From: Marsupella aquatica
Taxonomy: Eukaryota; Plantae; Marchantiophyta
Assembly: GCA_973895155.1 (NCBI GenBank)
Contig: OZ316892.1
Span: forward strand, 1,130,917 to 1,194,916
Direction: 5' to 3'
Length of the DNA stretch: 64,000 bases
Both the position numbers and the translations under genes were made by a program. The notes under the pieces were generated by a model that did not search any database, was not told the origin of the DNA, and saw nothing but the letters and a program-made list of their open reading frames with translations. Each line of letters opens with the position of its first letter. Position 1 is the stretch's first letter. Shown piece after piece: positions 13,901-26,610 of the stretch.

Positions 13901-14604
13901 TAGCTCTCAAATCAAACAAGGACTTATCTGCAACAGGATTGATTCACAAACCGAGCAAGAAAGACTTGGTTGGAACAGGATCAGCACTTAAAGCAAGCAA
14001 GAAAGACTCGCATGGAACGGGATTAGCACTCAAATCAAGCAAGGACTTACCTGCAACAGCATTGATCCAGAAATCGAGCAAGAAAGACTTGCTTGGAACA
14101 GGATCAGCTCACAAACCCAGCAAGAAAGACTTGCCTAGAACAGGATCAGCTCATAAACCCGACAAGAAAGATCTGTCTGAAACAGGAGCGGCTGACAAAC
14201 CCGGCAAGAAAGGCTTGCCTGGAAGTCAATCAGCTCACAAATCCAGCAAGGACTTGCCTGGAACAGGACCGGCTGACAAATCCGGCAAAAAAGATTTTCC
14301 TGGAACAGTGTCAGCTCACAAATACAGCAAGGACTTGCCTGGAGTAGGGTCAGGTCAGAAACCCGGCAAGAAAGACTTGCCTGGGACAGGATCAGCTCAC
14401 AAACCCAGCAAGAAAGACTTGCCTGGAACAGGATCAGTTCACAAACTGAGCGAGTTCAACGGACATGGATCTCTGCCTAGGGGTATGGGACCATCAGCTT
14501 TTGGTGCGGGCAGAAGTTGGGGAGGTATTCATGGGGCTCTGAATGTTGATGTTGTTGTTGTGGAAACGTCAACACCTACTCAGGCCGAAGGCCCTTTCAG
14601 GTAG
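10926..14604 (+). CDS. ASH2R: ASH2/TRAUCO-like COMPASS subunit (SPRY domain) with long C-terminal repeat extension, ~799 aa; exons 10926-11298, 12007-12633, 13205-14604
   Basis: SPRY motifs [76 protein letters not shown]. Phase-1 GT-AG introns join the three ORFs in frame. Acidic N-terminus followed by [14 protein letters not shown]. Confidence 0.9.
13660..14442 (+). repeat. Coding tandem repeat: 19 units of 14 or 13 aa (consensus K-[APS][11 protein letters not shown][HL])
   Basis: 783 bp = 14 units of 42 bp + 5 units of 39 bp, all in frame within the last ASH2-like exon. Confidence 0.95.
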
Positions 14605-15160
14605 ACGTCACAGGTGTAATTCTTCTGCAGAGTGTACAGTTTCCGAGCGTAGTGAGGCCTTTAGGAAGGAATTGGACGTCCGTCTGGCAGTAGGGCAGCG
14701 AAATCATCTGCTCTAGTAGGAAGTTCAATAGCCTACCCAGTCGAAGGACAGCGATTTGGGTGCATATGATCAGATTCAATAGTAGCTTTGTTGTTTCGCT
14801 TTTTCTCCACATATTGTTCATCTTGTTTATATCATGAGTAATAGCAATGAGCAAGGTAGCTTGTTTACTATGCAGCTGATCACTATCCTGAAGCTGGGAG
14901 GGTCAGTCATTCATTTTTGCATGCCGCAGCACAATTGCAGTTCAAAATTGTCAAGATTCCCCATATTCTTACATTGCTTGCTGCGGCTAGCCAAAGTAGT
15001 ACAAAAAGGCGGAAGATCTCAGCTCCGACCTAGCCAATTGAATAAATTTCTAGTGACGTCAACCTGTTTCAAATCCATCAGATTTGTCAATCTGCTTATC
15101 AGCGTTACTGGATAATTGGGGAAATAGTGATCACCTTTTGATTACATTACATTTGTAAAG

Positions 15161-15325
15161 TGACTATTAGCACCAGAGCATTGTCGTCGTTTGTACGAGT
15201 TCGGAAGTTTGGATTTCTTCTGGAGTTGAATTTTTTTAGACTTGACTATCAGTCCTTCACCAGAGCATTGTCGTCGTTGGTACGAGTTCGGAAGTTTGCG
15301 TTTCTTCTTGAGTTGAATCTTTTTG
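15161..15325. repeat. ~85-bp tandem duplication
   Basis: TGACTAT.AG..CACCAGAGCATTGTCGTCGTT.GTACGAGTTCGGAAGTTTG..TTTCTTCT.GAGTTGAAT occurs twice. Confidence 0.85.
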
Positions 15326-16902
15326 ATTTACTTATGTAAGTAGGAGTTTTAGGAATTCCCACCCCTGGAATTTTTTTTAGGTTCGCCCTGAACAGCAGTT
15401 ACAAGCAGGCAGGCATGGAGGAAAGAGAGACAAAATATCTCTGAAATTCTACTTGGACAGTGTCTTGGAGCAAGGTAAAGTTTTGTCTGTGTTAAGTTGA
15501 TGTCTTCGTTCGCTTCCTTTCAGTATTCCTGTCTTGCTTTGTTCTTTCGAATTCGCTGTCCTTGAACCATCTGTCTGCCATATCTAGAGACTAGGTTAAA
15601 TCGGTAGTCGTAGCTGGCTGATTACTGCTTTATTCAGAACTATCCAGAACTAGTGTGCTGCAATCAAAGAAACGACGGCCGGTTATAAGAGAATATTGAA
15701 AGGAAAAGCACTGCAATAGTAGCATCGAGAAGTCCAGGGACGAGTGAAGCACAGAGAAATACAGGGCCGACATCCAATCGCTTCATCGAATGGGGTTTGT
15801 GGACAACTTCTAAACAAGATGACGCGATCCACCAGATCGCCACAGTTGAATTGGTGTGAGAGCACTCATACATTGGAGGCAAGCAGGACAGGAAATGCAA
15901 TGGAGGTTGTCCATGACGTCCGATTGCCTTCCTAAGTTTTCTGCCGTGTAATGAGATGCTTACCCGAACATGACTGGGAGCTCATCACGAGCTGGTCAGT
16001 TTTACTCTCATTTGTTCTACAACTAAGATGATAGCCGCAAAACGAGCACTGAAATTTCCATCACAAATAGGCGGCCAGGAAAGAGGATGCATGCTTAAAA
16101 TTATGTACAATGTTTGTGCAATCCATGTGAAGTCCAGGGTCTCTACTGTACTTCAAGTCTGTACGGACCCCTGATACCATATCATACAAATTCCTAATCC
16201 CAACAACAAGAATTCCATATTTCACAAAGTATCAACAATTGTACGCCGAGGACGCTCGCCATACTCCGCCTCGGGCATCGTTCCCCCTCGCGGGCTGCCC
16301 ATGCATGTAATTCGTCAACAGTTTCAAGGGGAAAAAACAAGATTGTCTCACCATAGAATGTGCCGGTAGTGTAAGTAAGAAACTGCTACGACAACAGCCA
16401 CACCAACCACTAAGTAACCGAGATAGTGACCTGCAAATCGAATCAACAAACTTTGGTTCTTAATTTCCGCATGGCACCTTCAATATACACAATATTGCGG
16501 CTCTCTCTGTCTAACCACAAAAGCTAGTAAAAACCCAGAGACAGCTCTCTATTCACTCAATTCTTTCCCTACAATCTCATAACTTGAAACGTAGAAGAGA
16601 ACATTGCAACGAATGTCCATCTCTAGGTCTACTGATCTACTATACAGTATTGTACATGTCGAAGCCCGGGACGTTCACGAGTTTACCCTGGCTCATTCAT
16701 CTTCATCATCTTGTGCCAAATCCGAAGTGAACTTGAAAAGTAGAACATTCCAATGAAACTTGTGACGAGATGGAATGCGAAAATACGGGTTTGTGATATT
16801 GTGCTGGACGCGGGGCCATTGGAAGAGGGATTTAAAGCAAATTAATCCTTTTGGCAAGATGGTTAGATAAATCCTGTCATGTTTTAAGTGTTGCTGTGAA
16901 GG

Positions 16903-19664
16903 TTATTTAGATGCAGCTTTTCCCAGCACGGTAAGGACAGTCAGAGCGCCTACAGCCAATACATGCGGCACTGTAAAGAAACCGACTTTCCATGCAGGAG
17001 GTTCCTCTGCATGGGCGAATTGGGCAGTATTTCCTTCAAGACTACGATCTTGAAGCCCAGCGTAATCAGAGTGGCCTGCGTACAAGTGGCTAGATCTATC
17101 CTCACCTGTTCCGTATAGTGAAGCTTTATCATCCTTTCCCGCTGTTGATATGTTATACAAGTTTGTACTCCCTGCTACACCTCCTTTGGGATCATGAGTC
17201 CCATCGTGATGAACATCGTTTGCAGCAGTTTCACTCTTACCCTCAGTTAGCAATTCTCCCAACCCTTCATTTTTGGGAGAATCGCCAGTATGAGGGGCAT
17301 TTAGATCATCTCCATCTGCAATTTGTTTTTCGTGCAAGCCATCCTGCATCTTCTCACCCTCTACATTTTGAAGGCTACCAGAGTTCTGGGCTTCCCGTTC
17401 AAATTCTGAAGGATGGCTTTCTCTTCCATCCGAACTACCAGCTTGGTTCCAGTCCGATTCCTGCTTCCCGTTCTGTACCATTGGATCAATTTCCCCTGCA
17501 AGATGTTTCTCCGGTAGATTCTGACTGGAGTGCTGCGTCCCGTCCTTACTAGCTTGCTGCAAGCGCTCCGAGCTTTCAGGCTTGAAGTCACCGCTCTCAG
17601 ATTCCTTTCCTGGGATGTCTTGCAGAGGATCGTTGGGCTCCATTTTGTTCTCGGCCGCTCCCTTCTCGTTGAAGAGTGCAGAGTAGTCAGTAGAAGGACT
17701 CCCCCTTCCCTCTTGAATGGCATCCCTACCGGTGGCATGTGAATTTGTGGTAGCGAAGTCCTGTCGTAGATGATGGGAGTCCCTTCCTTCCACGGCCTCT
17801 GAGCTCTCGTCTTCTGTCTGTCGAAGATTGTCAGAATCTTGTTGAGGGGTCCCAATTTCTTTTACTGGTTCGGCTACGTCAGTTTTGCGATCATGAGAAC
17901 CAGACCCGGAACCAGACCGAAATTCCTCAATTTCATGCTCAAACTTATCGGCACGTGGATGTGGGGTATTATTGGCTGGATCAAAGCTCCCCCACCGTCC
18001 AGATCCCAACGCACCTGAAAGCACTGATACAGGTGACTCGTGTTGTTCCAAGGCCTTCATCTTCTCAGCCCCCGCGCCCTGGAGATTGTAACCACTGCCT
18101 GCGTTGGGGATGACGATATTTTGACCTGCTTTGCCCGAGACAGAACTCTCGTTGGACTCTGTATACTCATCAGGAGGACTCTCAGAACGCTCAGTTCCAA
18201 ATTGAATCTTCTCCTCTGGGACACCTTCCACCGATTGTGGTACCCGATTCTCTTCCTCAGCTTTCCTGTCTGCTTCCTCTCGAAGAGTTTCTGAATCCTT
18301 GTTCAGTGTATTGGAAACTTCTCCTATTTCCTCAACTTCGGAATTGGAGCTGAAAGCTTTGTGGAAATCAGCAGGAGGACGATCCAGATTCTCAAATCCA
18401 TCCTTTTCACCGACGTTCACAGCTTCGGTGTTTGGACAGAAATGTACGTGTTTCGAGCTACCAGTTGCGAAGGGATTGGTCGGTTGAGAGTCCTTTTCGA
18501 GAGCACTTGAAGAAGTCTCGTTTTCATCCATGACCTCTTCGATCTCATGATGTCCGTGTCGGAGAGGGTCACGCTGAATGTGGCCGTTGCCTAATTCTCT
18601 GTCGACTTTCTCCTTTCCTTTACCAGATTTCGGAAGACCAACACGTAACGAAGCCGCACCTCTCTCAAAGTTTCCCACGTTCTCACCCCGGGGACTGAAA
18701 TCATCTAGATGTCTTTGAGACGTTGGCTGAAGCTGTCCATTGGTCTTGTGTCGGTGTGTTGGTCCGGCCTTCTCTTTTCTCTCCGATTGCCCTGCTTGAC
18801 ATGAATCTCAACTCATCAGAAGCGGTGGGACATAGTTGCGCAGAGAACACTTACTGGTATTCACGTTAGAATAACCCAAATTGTATGGAAGATCATAAGT
18901 AGAAGAGATTTGAGGCCTGCCTACAATTTAGAACACAATCCGAGCTCAGCGGATGCAGTGTCTCCCACGCAAACTTTGGTTTTCTTTCAACCAATTCTGA
19001 TTGAAGTACCGTAAGTATACTCTAATATAATCACCATCGAAGTTTCCAAATTGAATATTTAAAATCCGTGCATATGAAAATCAACTGACAGCGAGAAACA
19101 GAATTCAGAGATTCACAGATAATATCTTCCGCTAGCCACTGACAAGAAAATTAACTTCTGGTACCAACCTTCTCGTGGATATTCGAGCGCAAGACTTTCG
19201 AGCGACAGACGATCACTTTTCACAGGAGTGTGCGGACTGGCTTTGATTTCCTCAGGAATCTTCTCATACTCTCCTTTCTCTCTCGTCCTCTCTCTCTTCT
19301 TCTTACCACGCCCGCGAGGAATTGGGCTTATGTAACCTCCACCACTGCGACAGCCCAAAGCCCCTGCAAAGAACCGTTTCTAGTCAATAAACTAGTCTCC
19401 AAAGAGTAACAACTGATTTGGCCCCAAATATGAGGGTGCAAAGATAAAGAAATTTGGAGAACGCCCAGGTTCCGACTGAAACACGTAGCGACAGATCCTG
19501 CATCCACGCAACTTAACCGTGCATGTCGATCGATGTCTTCATCAGGCCCAGTGTAAAAGCATTGAGACTCATAGTTCGTAACAAGGATTGCTTTGGTTGT
19601 GAGTGTCACTCCAATACGTGAGGAATTGGCCATCCCACTTCTGATACTGTCAAAGTCGAAGAAG

Positions 19665-19695
<31 letters not shown>

Positions 19696-19789
19696 TTCTG
19701 CCATATCGATTGATCGTAGACTTACCTGAAACAGGACTAGCTATGTGTAAATGTAAACTAGAAAGCGATACAGTCCGAATCAATAACAT
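16903..19789 (-). CDS. Uncharacterised acidic, low-complexity protein with transit-peptide-like N-terminus and hydrophobic C-terminus, ~737 aa; proposed exons 19789-19726, 19363-19165, 18916-18855, 18791-16903
   Basis: A 591-aa stop-free E/S/G/D-rich ORF extends upstream in frame to a CAG acceptor. Three upstream GT-AG introns have compatible phases (1, 2, 1); one is only 63 nt. The 3' end is uncertain, with an alternative exon at 16430-16348. Confidence 0.65.
19658..19694 (+). repeat. (GAA)12 microsatellite (intronic)
   Basis: Pure GAA run inside the proposed first intron of the minus-strand gene. Confidence 0.95.
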
Positions 19790-22700
19790 AGCAGGGTTGA
19801 CAGGTTGGTCGACACAGTTTATGGTGCCACATCTGGAAGGCTGTCTGGCCGAGACTGTTATTTTGCTCGAGTTGACCGACTGTTCTGCACCGATCACTCT
19901 CGCCTGAGAGTACTTTCTGAATCGATCATTGGACTCCCACTAAAATTAACGCCCCCAACTCTTGATTGGGCACACCAGACAATAAGTTCATGAAACTAGC
20001 TAATGAAATTGAATGATTTTGAAAAGCACATGAATGTCTTGAGTGATACGGACCAAGCTAGTCCGATGCCAAATCCTCACGCCCATACGTACCAGTAAAG
20101 CTAGATTTAGCGCGGTTGAGACGCTCCAAAAAATTATCACGATGGTAACCTTGTCCGTCCTTCGACCCCGACATCGTCACGATCCAATGGGTTGGCTGCG
20201 GATATCTCGATCCACTTTCAAGAACGAGGAAGGAAGCTATTCACGTACAGGTGCATCTGCTCGAAACCACGGACTCGCAAATTGTTTCCTCTCGTTCCGG
20301 GGTGCCACGGGACGATTGATACACAAAGCAGGCAACAGCCTGCAATCATCAAGTTGGGCAGCCCATCAGGATCGATCGCTCTCAACCACCTCAATCAATT
20401 CAACGACGTCAAGCACGAATGGCATGGCATGGGTAGTTCAACAAAAACCGTGCTTACAATTCGGTCGTTTGTGTGATTATCCCCTCGCTAAGCATGAACT
20501 CATTACCCGATTTCCCTGGAGTTCACACAGGGCTTGCATCACACCAACCAGCAGTGCCATCAATCAATCATAAATTGTGTTTGTGTATATTAAGGAGATA
20601 GCACAGCCTTGTGGCTGCCGGACAGCCATTCGATCCTGACGAGAGTATAGTGCATACAGCTAGAGTCGACTTTACTTCAGATTTTTCGATACCAACCCCA
20701 GGACACTTCAGCTAGTCAGAGATCTACAAGCATATATATCAACTCAGCCAATCATTCAACCCCGATCAATTCCATCGTGCCAACCGTGATGGCTCTGACT
20801 AGTCTACCTCCAGTACAGTTTGTGTGCCTCGCGTACCTGAGAATGAATAGAAATACTTGCCTCGCATACCTGAGAATTAATAGAAATGCTAGTCGAATCA
20901 GGACACCAGGAATGGATCACGATTGAAGGATCAGACCGTGTTCCGAAAAGATCTAACGAGAATTGTAGGCTGTCCCAATAAAATAGCCTTACCGGTCACC
21001 AGATATCCGGTGTACCAATTGCCTACACTACCGACATTAATTAATAATTATTATGGCCTATGCTACAGCGTTAGATAAGATTCGTTCCAGGTGTGCCCGA
21101 GTAAATACGAGATAAGAGTACTTAGTTATATAATTCATTTGCAAATGAATAAAAAGTTATGATTTGCCGAAGTAATATACTGTGAGTCCGATCGTGAACA
21201 TCTACTAGAAACTAGCCTGGATAGTAAACATCTACTAGAAAATTTTCATTCCCATAATTTATGTTTTAGATTCTTTTGATAGATTCAAGACTGTCATCAA
21301 CTGTTTTGTAGCCCTGCCCGCCAACAGAACAGTTTAATGGTTCAATCTTATCTCTTAGAATTGTCTGGATTGTTAAAATTCACAACGTGAGTGGGTGATG
21401 CAGCATCGAGAGCATTATTTCGTAAACCGGGTCCTAAATGAACTGGTGGTTTGAATGCTCAGATGCTCGAGCTTGGCATCGAACATCAATCTAGGTTCCT
21501 GGCAGTTCCAACATCAATCTAGGTTGAGGATTGACGAGGCTGACTTTGAACTTGTCTACGTTGAACAGTTGACTTTACCATGTAAAGATGTCAGCAAGTA
21601 CTCGGAATAACGACTTTAACTGGTGCTTTCTTTTGAGCTCATGTCAGTCAGATCAGCTGACTGTTCCAAAATCACTTCCAGAGGCCCTTGTCGTAATTAA
21701 CCGATTCAAGTGTGGGCTCTAATTTTCCAGGCTTCCGCTGTGCTCTGATGTGTCACTATGTTATAGTATCGGATTGTCCAGCCGCAAAGCTAGGGACAAT
21801 ACGCTCTCGTGGACAACTTTCCTGGAGACTGGCATCATCATTGGGCGAGAGTTTTACTAAGTGCACACGGAATTGTCCCTTTCTTGTTGGTTGGGACTTC
21901 CACTCATTGCGTATAGAGCACAACCTTGGGCTGACAGCATTGGCCGAGATTTCTGCTAATTAAACGAGGAAATTTGTCATTGCTAAGACATCTTATTATC
22001 GGTACATAACGGAGCCCAAATGTCCTACGTACAGGGACTAACACTCTTTTACGAAAGATCTTTCGTGTGAAGCCAAGCATGGTAATCCAATTTTGAATCT
22101 CCGAATGGTTCTCAGTTTTACTCCCGGTTATACTTTTCTCCTCGTGTTCCATGTGAGTTGGTAGGATTGGTCGTGATCCTCCACGAGCTCAGCGGTTTCC
22201 TTTTTCATAGAAAGGGAGTGAGCGGGGCCCGTAGTTTGAACCATGTGGCTGGATCGAAATTTTGATTCGGTTGCGAAGAAAATCTGAATGGGGGCATTGC
22301 TTTCGACCCACAAGTAACACGGTGAAGAGAAGCTCTGCATGTGGCGTGTCGTGGGTTGAAGGAAACCTATAGATGGCCCAACAGCTACTACAGAAGTCAG
22401 ACAGGCCCTGGAATGTCATGATGGTTCTTCCGATTCACCGTCTCACTTCAGCTTCCCACTTCAGCTTTTGTGAATCAAATGATCAGCACGGCAGCCATAG
22501 AAAGGTCCTTCTTATAACGGCTTCAATTGTCAAGTTTGTTCCCAATAGGATCATTCAGCAAACTATAGTAAAAGGCTTCCATGGATTCATCTCCTGTGCT
22601 TCTCGTTGGTCACTTTGGATATTCGCTCCTGCATGGTGGGGTCCCTCCGTTGGATCCCTCCCACTTCATGGGCTACACACGTTTTCGATGATCATTGTCT

Positions 22701-23009
22701 AGTAAGTGATGGTTGGATGGGTTTCAAGGAAAAAGCAAAGTTAGCTCTCATAGTTTCTAAAAGTTTTGACGCTACCCATCTAAGTAATAAAGTGCAATCA
22801 AAAGCTACTCTTCATGCCTACCCTACTGTCTAGAGTGAATCCTACTCATTGCCTAGTGTCTATAGTGAAGCCTCTAGACTAGGACTCTACTCATGACATA
22901 AGTGAAAGATATATCACAGTGCCCAACTGAAGGGCAAAAAATGCCGGGGAGACAGGGAGACATGATACCAAAGGCAAAGCAACCAGGGGAGGAAAAGAGG
23001 GGGAAGTGA

Positions 23010-23105
23010 GGGGGATGGGTGCAAAGATGACATAACTGAAACTAGGGGGATGGGGGCAAAGATGACGTGACATAGCTGAAACTATGGGGATGGGGGCAAA
23101 GATGA
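23010..23105. repeat. ~35-40-bp minisatellite, 3 copies
   Basis: GGGGATGGG(T/G)GCAAAGATGA...CTGAAACTA repeated. Confidence 0.8.
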
Positions 23106-23479
23106 ACAGGAAACAGTATGAAATTATTTTTTGCCTTGGAATTAGTTTATCCTCATCTCTTTTTACCAGGTGGTCCAGCCAAAGGATTCACTTCTAGGAG
23201 TCATTTAATGTTGTCCTATAGCTTAGTGAACATGAAACTGGTACAAAGGGAAGCCTGTTCCCTCTGCTGGAATGAAAAAATAAAAATCTAATTGCCACTT
23301 GCTACAGAGCCTGCTGGATGACAGAAATGTTTACATTATTCTGCGGGCAGAAAAACTGCATCCACCAGCCAGCAGCCACCGCACCACAGACAACATTGAA
23401 TGCCACTCCCGTGACTTATAGAAGGAAATGCCAAAGGTTTGTAGTGTGGACAGTAATGTTGAGTGACCCAGGTTTGAAG

Positions 23480-23812
23480 TGACGGGCAACTTGCCAAGTT
23501 GCCGGGCACGTAAACTCGGCATTTTCCGGGCAAAAATCAGCCCAAATGCCAGCCGGGCCGGGCAGGGATAGGCTGGGACTGGCAGGGACCGGCAGGGACC
23601 GGAAGGGACCGGCCGGAATAGGTCGGGACAAGCCGGGGGTCGGGCCGGGACAGGCCGGGGTTGGGGCCAGGAGAGGCCGGGAGAGGCCGGGACAGGGTCG
23701 GGGTGGGGTGTGAGCCAGCCAGGGCCGGGAGTTCATGGCCGGGCCGGGCCGGGAAGTCAAGTTCGGCTGAGCCGGGACGGTCCGGGTGACAAATTGCCGG
23801 TTGACTGACTCT
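23480..23812. repeat. GC-rich, G-skewed island of GGCCGGG/GGGACCGG subrepeats (probable non-autonomous TE interior)
   Basis: Many GCCGGG/GGGACCGG motifs in otherwise AT-rich DNA. The ORFs here are Pro/Arg low complexity only. Confidence 0.6.
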
Positions 23813-26372
23813 AAAGCCATGTGCAGGTTTCTGAAGAGTCACATGGCTACTTTCATCTATTTTGGGCAGAAAACCAACAAATTTACTTTACATGATCTCA
23901 AGTAAAAGTCAATTATATCTCTGGAGAGTGAAAATGTATGATTCATGGTATAATGCATTGAGGTGCACAATTCTACAAAAAACAAGAAACAGCCCATGCG
24001 GGAACAAGAAACAGCCCATGCGGGAACAAGAGGAAGCTTTTTTTTACACTTCATGACAGCACATATATATGTGGTTCACATTTGTTACCCCTAATCAAAG
24101 CACACAAATTGACATGTTATTCTAAATCAACCATGTGGATTTTCAGGGAAGTTGCATCCACTCCTAGCGCAACATTGTGTGCATTCGTGAAACAATTGAA
24201 CCACGCTACATAGTGCAGTGTCCCCAACACTACAGTACTTAGATGTACAGTACAATAATAGTAAATGTGACTTAGAAGCACATTAGAAATAGAAATGAAC
24301 CCTATGCTCTGAACTAGGAGTGGACCATTTTTAAAACTATTGCAAGCAATCTTGCCAAACCCTCACATGGTCGCAGTACAAAATGAGAAAATGGGAAATG
24401 ACTTGGGCTGCCAGATCTTTCTAATCATTTCTAGAGGCCCCATGATCTTGCAAAGTAGACCTTTAGGGCAAGCGTGTGGAGGCGCTCATCACAAGCATGA
24501 GCTGGGAAAGCTTGTGGGGTGGAGGGTGTGAGGTCGGTATTCAAGGGCTAGCAGTTGTGGAGGTTGAATCTCACACCAAGAAAACATGTAACTAAGAGGG
24601 AGAAGAAGGAAAGGAAAAAGGGCAAAAGAGGGGGCAAAGTGATGGAAGGAGGGAGGGAAAAGGGGAAACAGGGAGAAAAGAGAAACGAGAAAGGGGAGGA
24701 AAAGGGAAAAAGCTGGCAGCCGCTGGGAAACCAAATGTTTTCTTCTTGAAATCAGAGAGCCATTTGATTGCAGACCAACAAGAAACCAAGCCCATAAAAC
24801 AATTAATGAGGTTGGTGGAAAAGTGCCGAAGAAACCTTAGAGGGAAAGGGACAATAGCCACAAAATTAAGTGCTTTGCACAGCACCTTGGCCCAACCATC
24901 TCCCACTTTTTGCTTGGCTCTCACCCAAATTCTTACCTCACCTCAAGCAGGGGGGAGATAAGTGAAGCTTGGTGTAGAGGCCTACCAGGCAGGGAGACTG
25001 TGGGGGCATAGATAGATGTTCTGCATGAGGTTATTTGGGAGGTTAGTTTCTTCTCTCCAATTCATATTTCCTGTGTCCCCTTTGGTTATTTTCTTTGCAG
25101 TGTACTGGCACCTGAATCTTTCACCCACAATCTTTATGTGAGCAGCATTCCAACTTGATGCCCCTTGCTGCAACACGCCGTAACAAACAAAGACATTTTT
25201 TTCCATTCAACAACACTTCTGTACAATATCACTTTGCTTGACACCATGTGCACTCAACAACACTGTCTTCCACTTGCCTTTGTGGCCCCTTTGGACAGAT
25301 GGAACTGATTTGCCCAATCGTGCATGTTACACAGTATGTCCTCACTTTTTGACTCCTTGATACCACAATCTTGCAGGACAACAATACTCTTGCTCCTACA
25401 ACACATACACTTGACAACCCTTTAATTTGCTCAACAACGTTTCTGCTTGACAGCTTTTTAAGTTCACAACTTTCAGCTCAACAGGTCTTTCTCTTGACAT
25501 CTTTTCCGCTTGTCTCCTCTCATTGACCTTGTGCATCTTGCTGGCATTTGGTGAGTCATATTAAACCACCACAGGCCATATATAAGGGGGAAGTGTCCAT
25601 GACCTCCCCATTTTCCCACATTCCATTCACAATTACAGGACAATGCTACTTTTAATTGTAGCTAAGGGTAACGGGTAGCTTTTGAAGGCAGGTATGATTT
25701 AATGGAACCTAGAAACAACTTTAAAAAATACTCAAAATTGTTCATTTATAGAGTTGTTTTTTTTCAAATCAATCGAGTATAAAGATGAGATCTACAACGA
25801 GGTGAAAGACTACTCTAGGACTTGGAATAGGGGTTTAGCTTAGACTCCCTTTACCATCATTTCAGGGACCATAGTACCTGAACACCAAAAGTGGAGGCGA
25901 ATGGGAATCCTCAATAAGAAGACAAGCAGCCATTTTACGCTACAGTACAATGGTTGCAGTTGCTGAGTAGGACTGAGAAGGATATACAGATTTCTTTATT
26001 AGTTTCTAGGGGACAGACAAAATGCACTCTATTTTTAGTTCCAGTGGCACCTCAAAATTTCTCGTGTACGAGTTTGACTTAGTTATAACACTACTCCTGT
26101 AGATATCTATCATTAACTTATTCATTAACTTATCAAATTACATCACGAAAGTGTTTTTTTATATCCATTTGATATTCAAATTGTTAATATTTAGAAATAC
26201 ATATCATATTGACAAGAGTTTTGGATACTGAAGTTCATTTTACATTAAATGTATGTATCTTTAGTGTCATTATGATTAAGTATCCATAATTTCAGGTGAA
26301 CATTATTGGTCAGGGGTCACAGAAGAGGGGAATTAAACAGATATAGAAATTTGCATAGAAACCAGTTGGTTT

Positions 26373-26610
26373 TGGTTAATTGGCTAGGGGATGAGTCGAG
26401 AACCGAGAGCTCCAGGAGAACTGAGAGCTCCAGGTTCAATCCCCCCTCCACACGGAAGGGGTGTTGTCGTGGGAGTCTTAGTTTCTACTCAGCCCCTAGC
26501 TGGCCCGCTTTGGTGTCCTGGTTCAACCCTCTCTCCCTCCTTGTCTGGGTCCTTGTAGGATCCCTAAATATTGTCCCCCCTTGTGAATTACCCTACAGTG
26601 GTGTATCCTC
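26373..26610 (+). mobile_element. tRNA-derived SINE-like remnant (3' end approximate)
   Basis: A-box-like TGGTTAATTGG (26373) and B-box GGTTCAATCC (26433). Their spacing is lengthened by an 18-bp duplication GAGAAC(C/T)GAGAGCTCCAG. No cloverleaf. Confidence 0.45.

Noticed and set aside
19328-19907. ORFs with poly-F or poly-K
   Set aside because: Caused by the intronic (GAA)12 repeat; only 19789-19726 is retained as a proposed exon.
23416-23842. Pro-rich ORFs
   Set aside because: By-product of a GC-rich repeat island with few stop codons.
24489-24749. Lys/Gly/Glu-rich and Phe/Pro-rich ORFs (also 27129-27572)
   Set aside because: Purine/pyrimidine-skewed low complexity DNA with no domain signal.
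26373-26445. tRNA gene
   Set aside because: A/B boxes are present but no acceptor or anticodon stems form; better explained as a SINE head.
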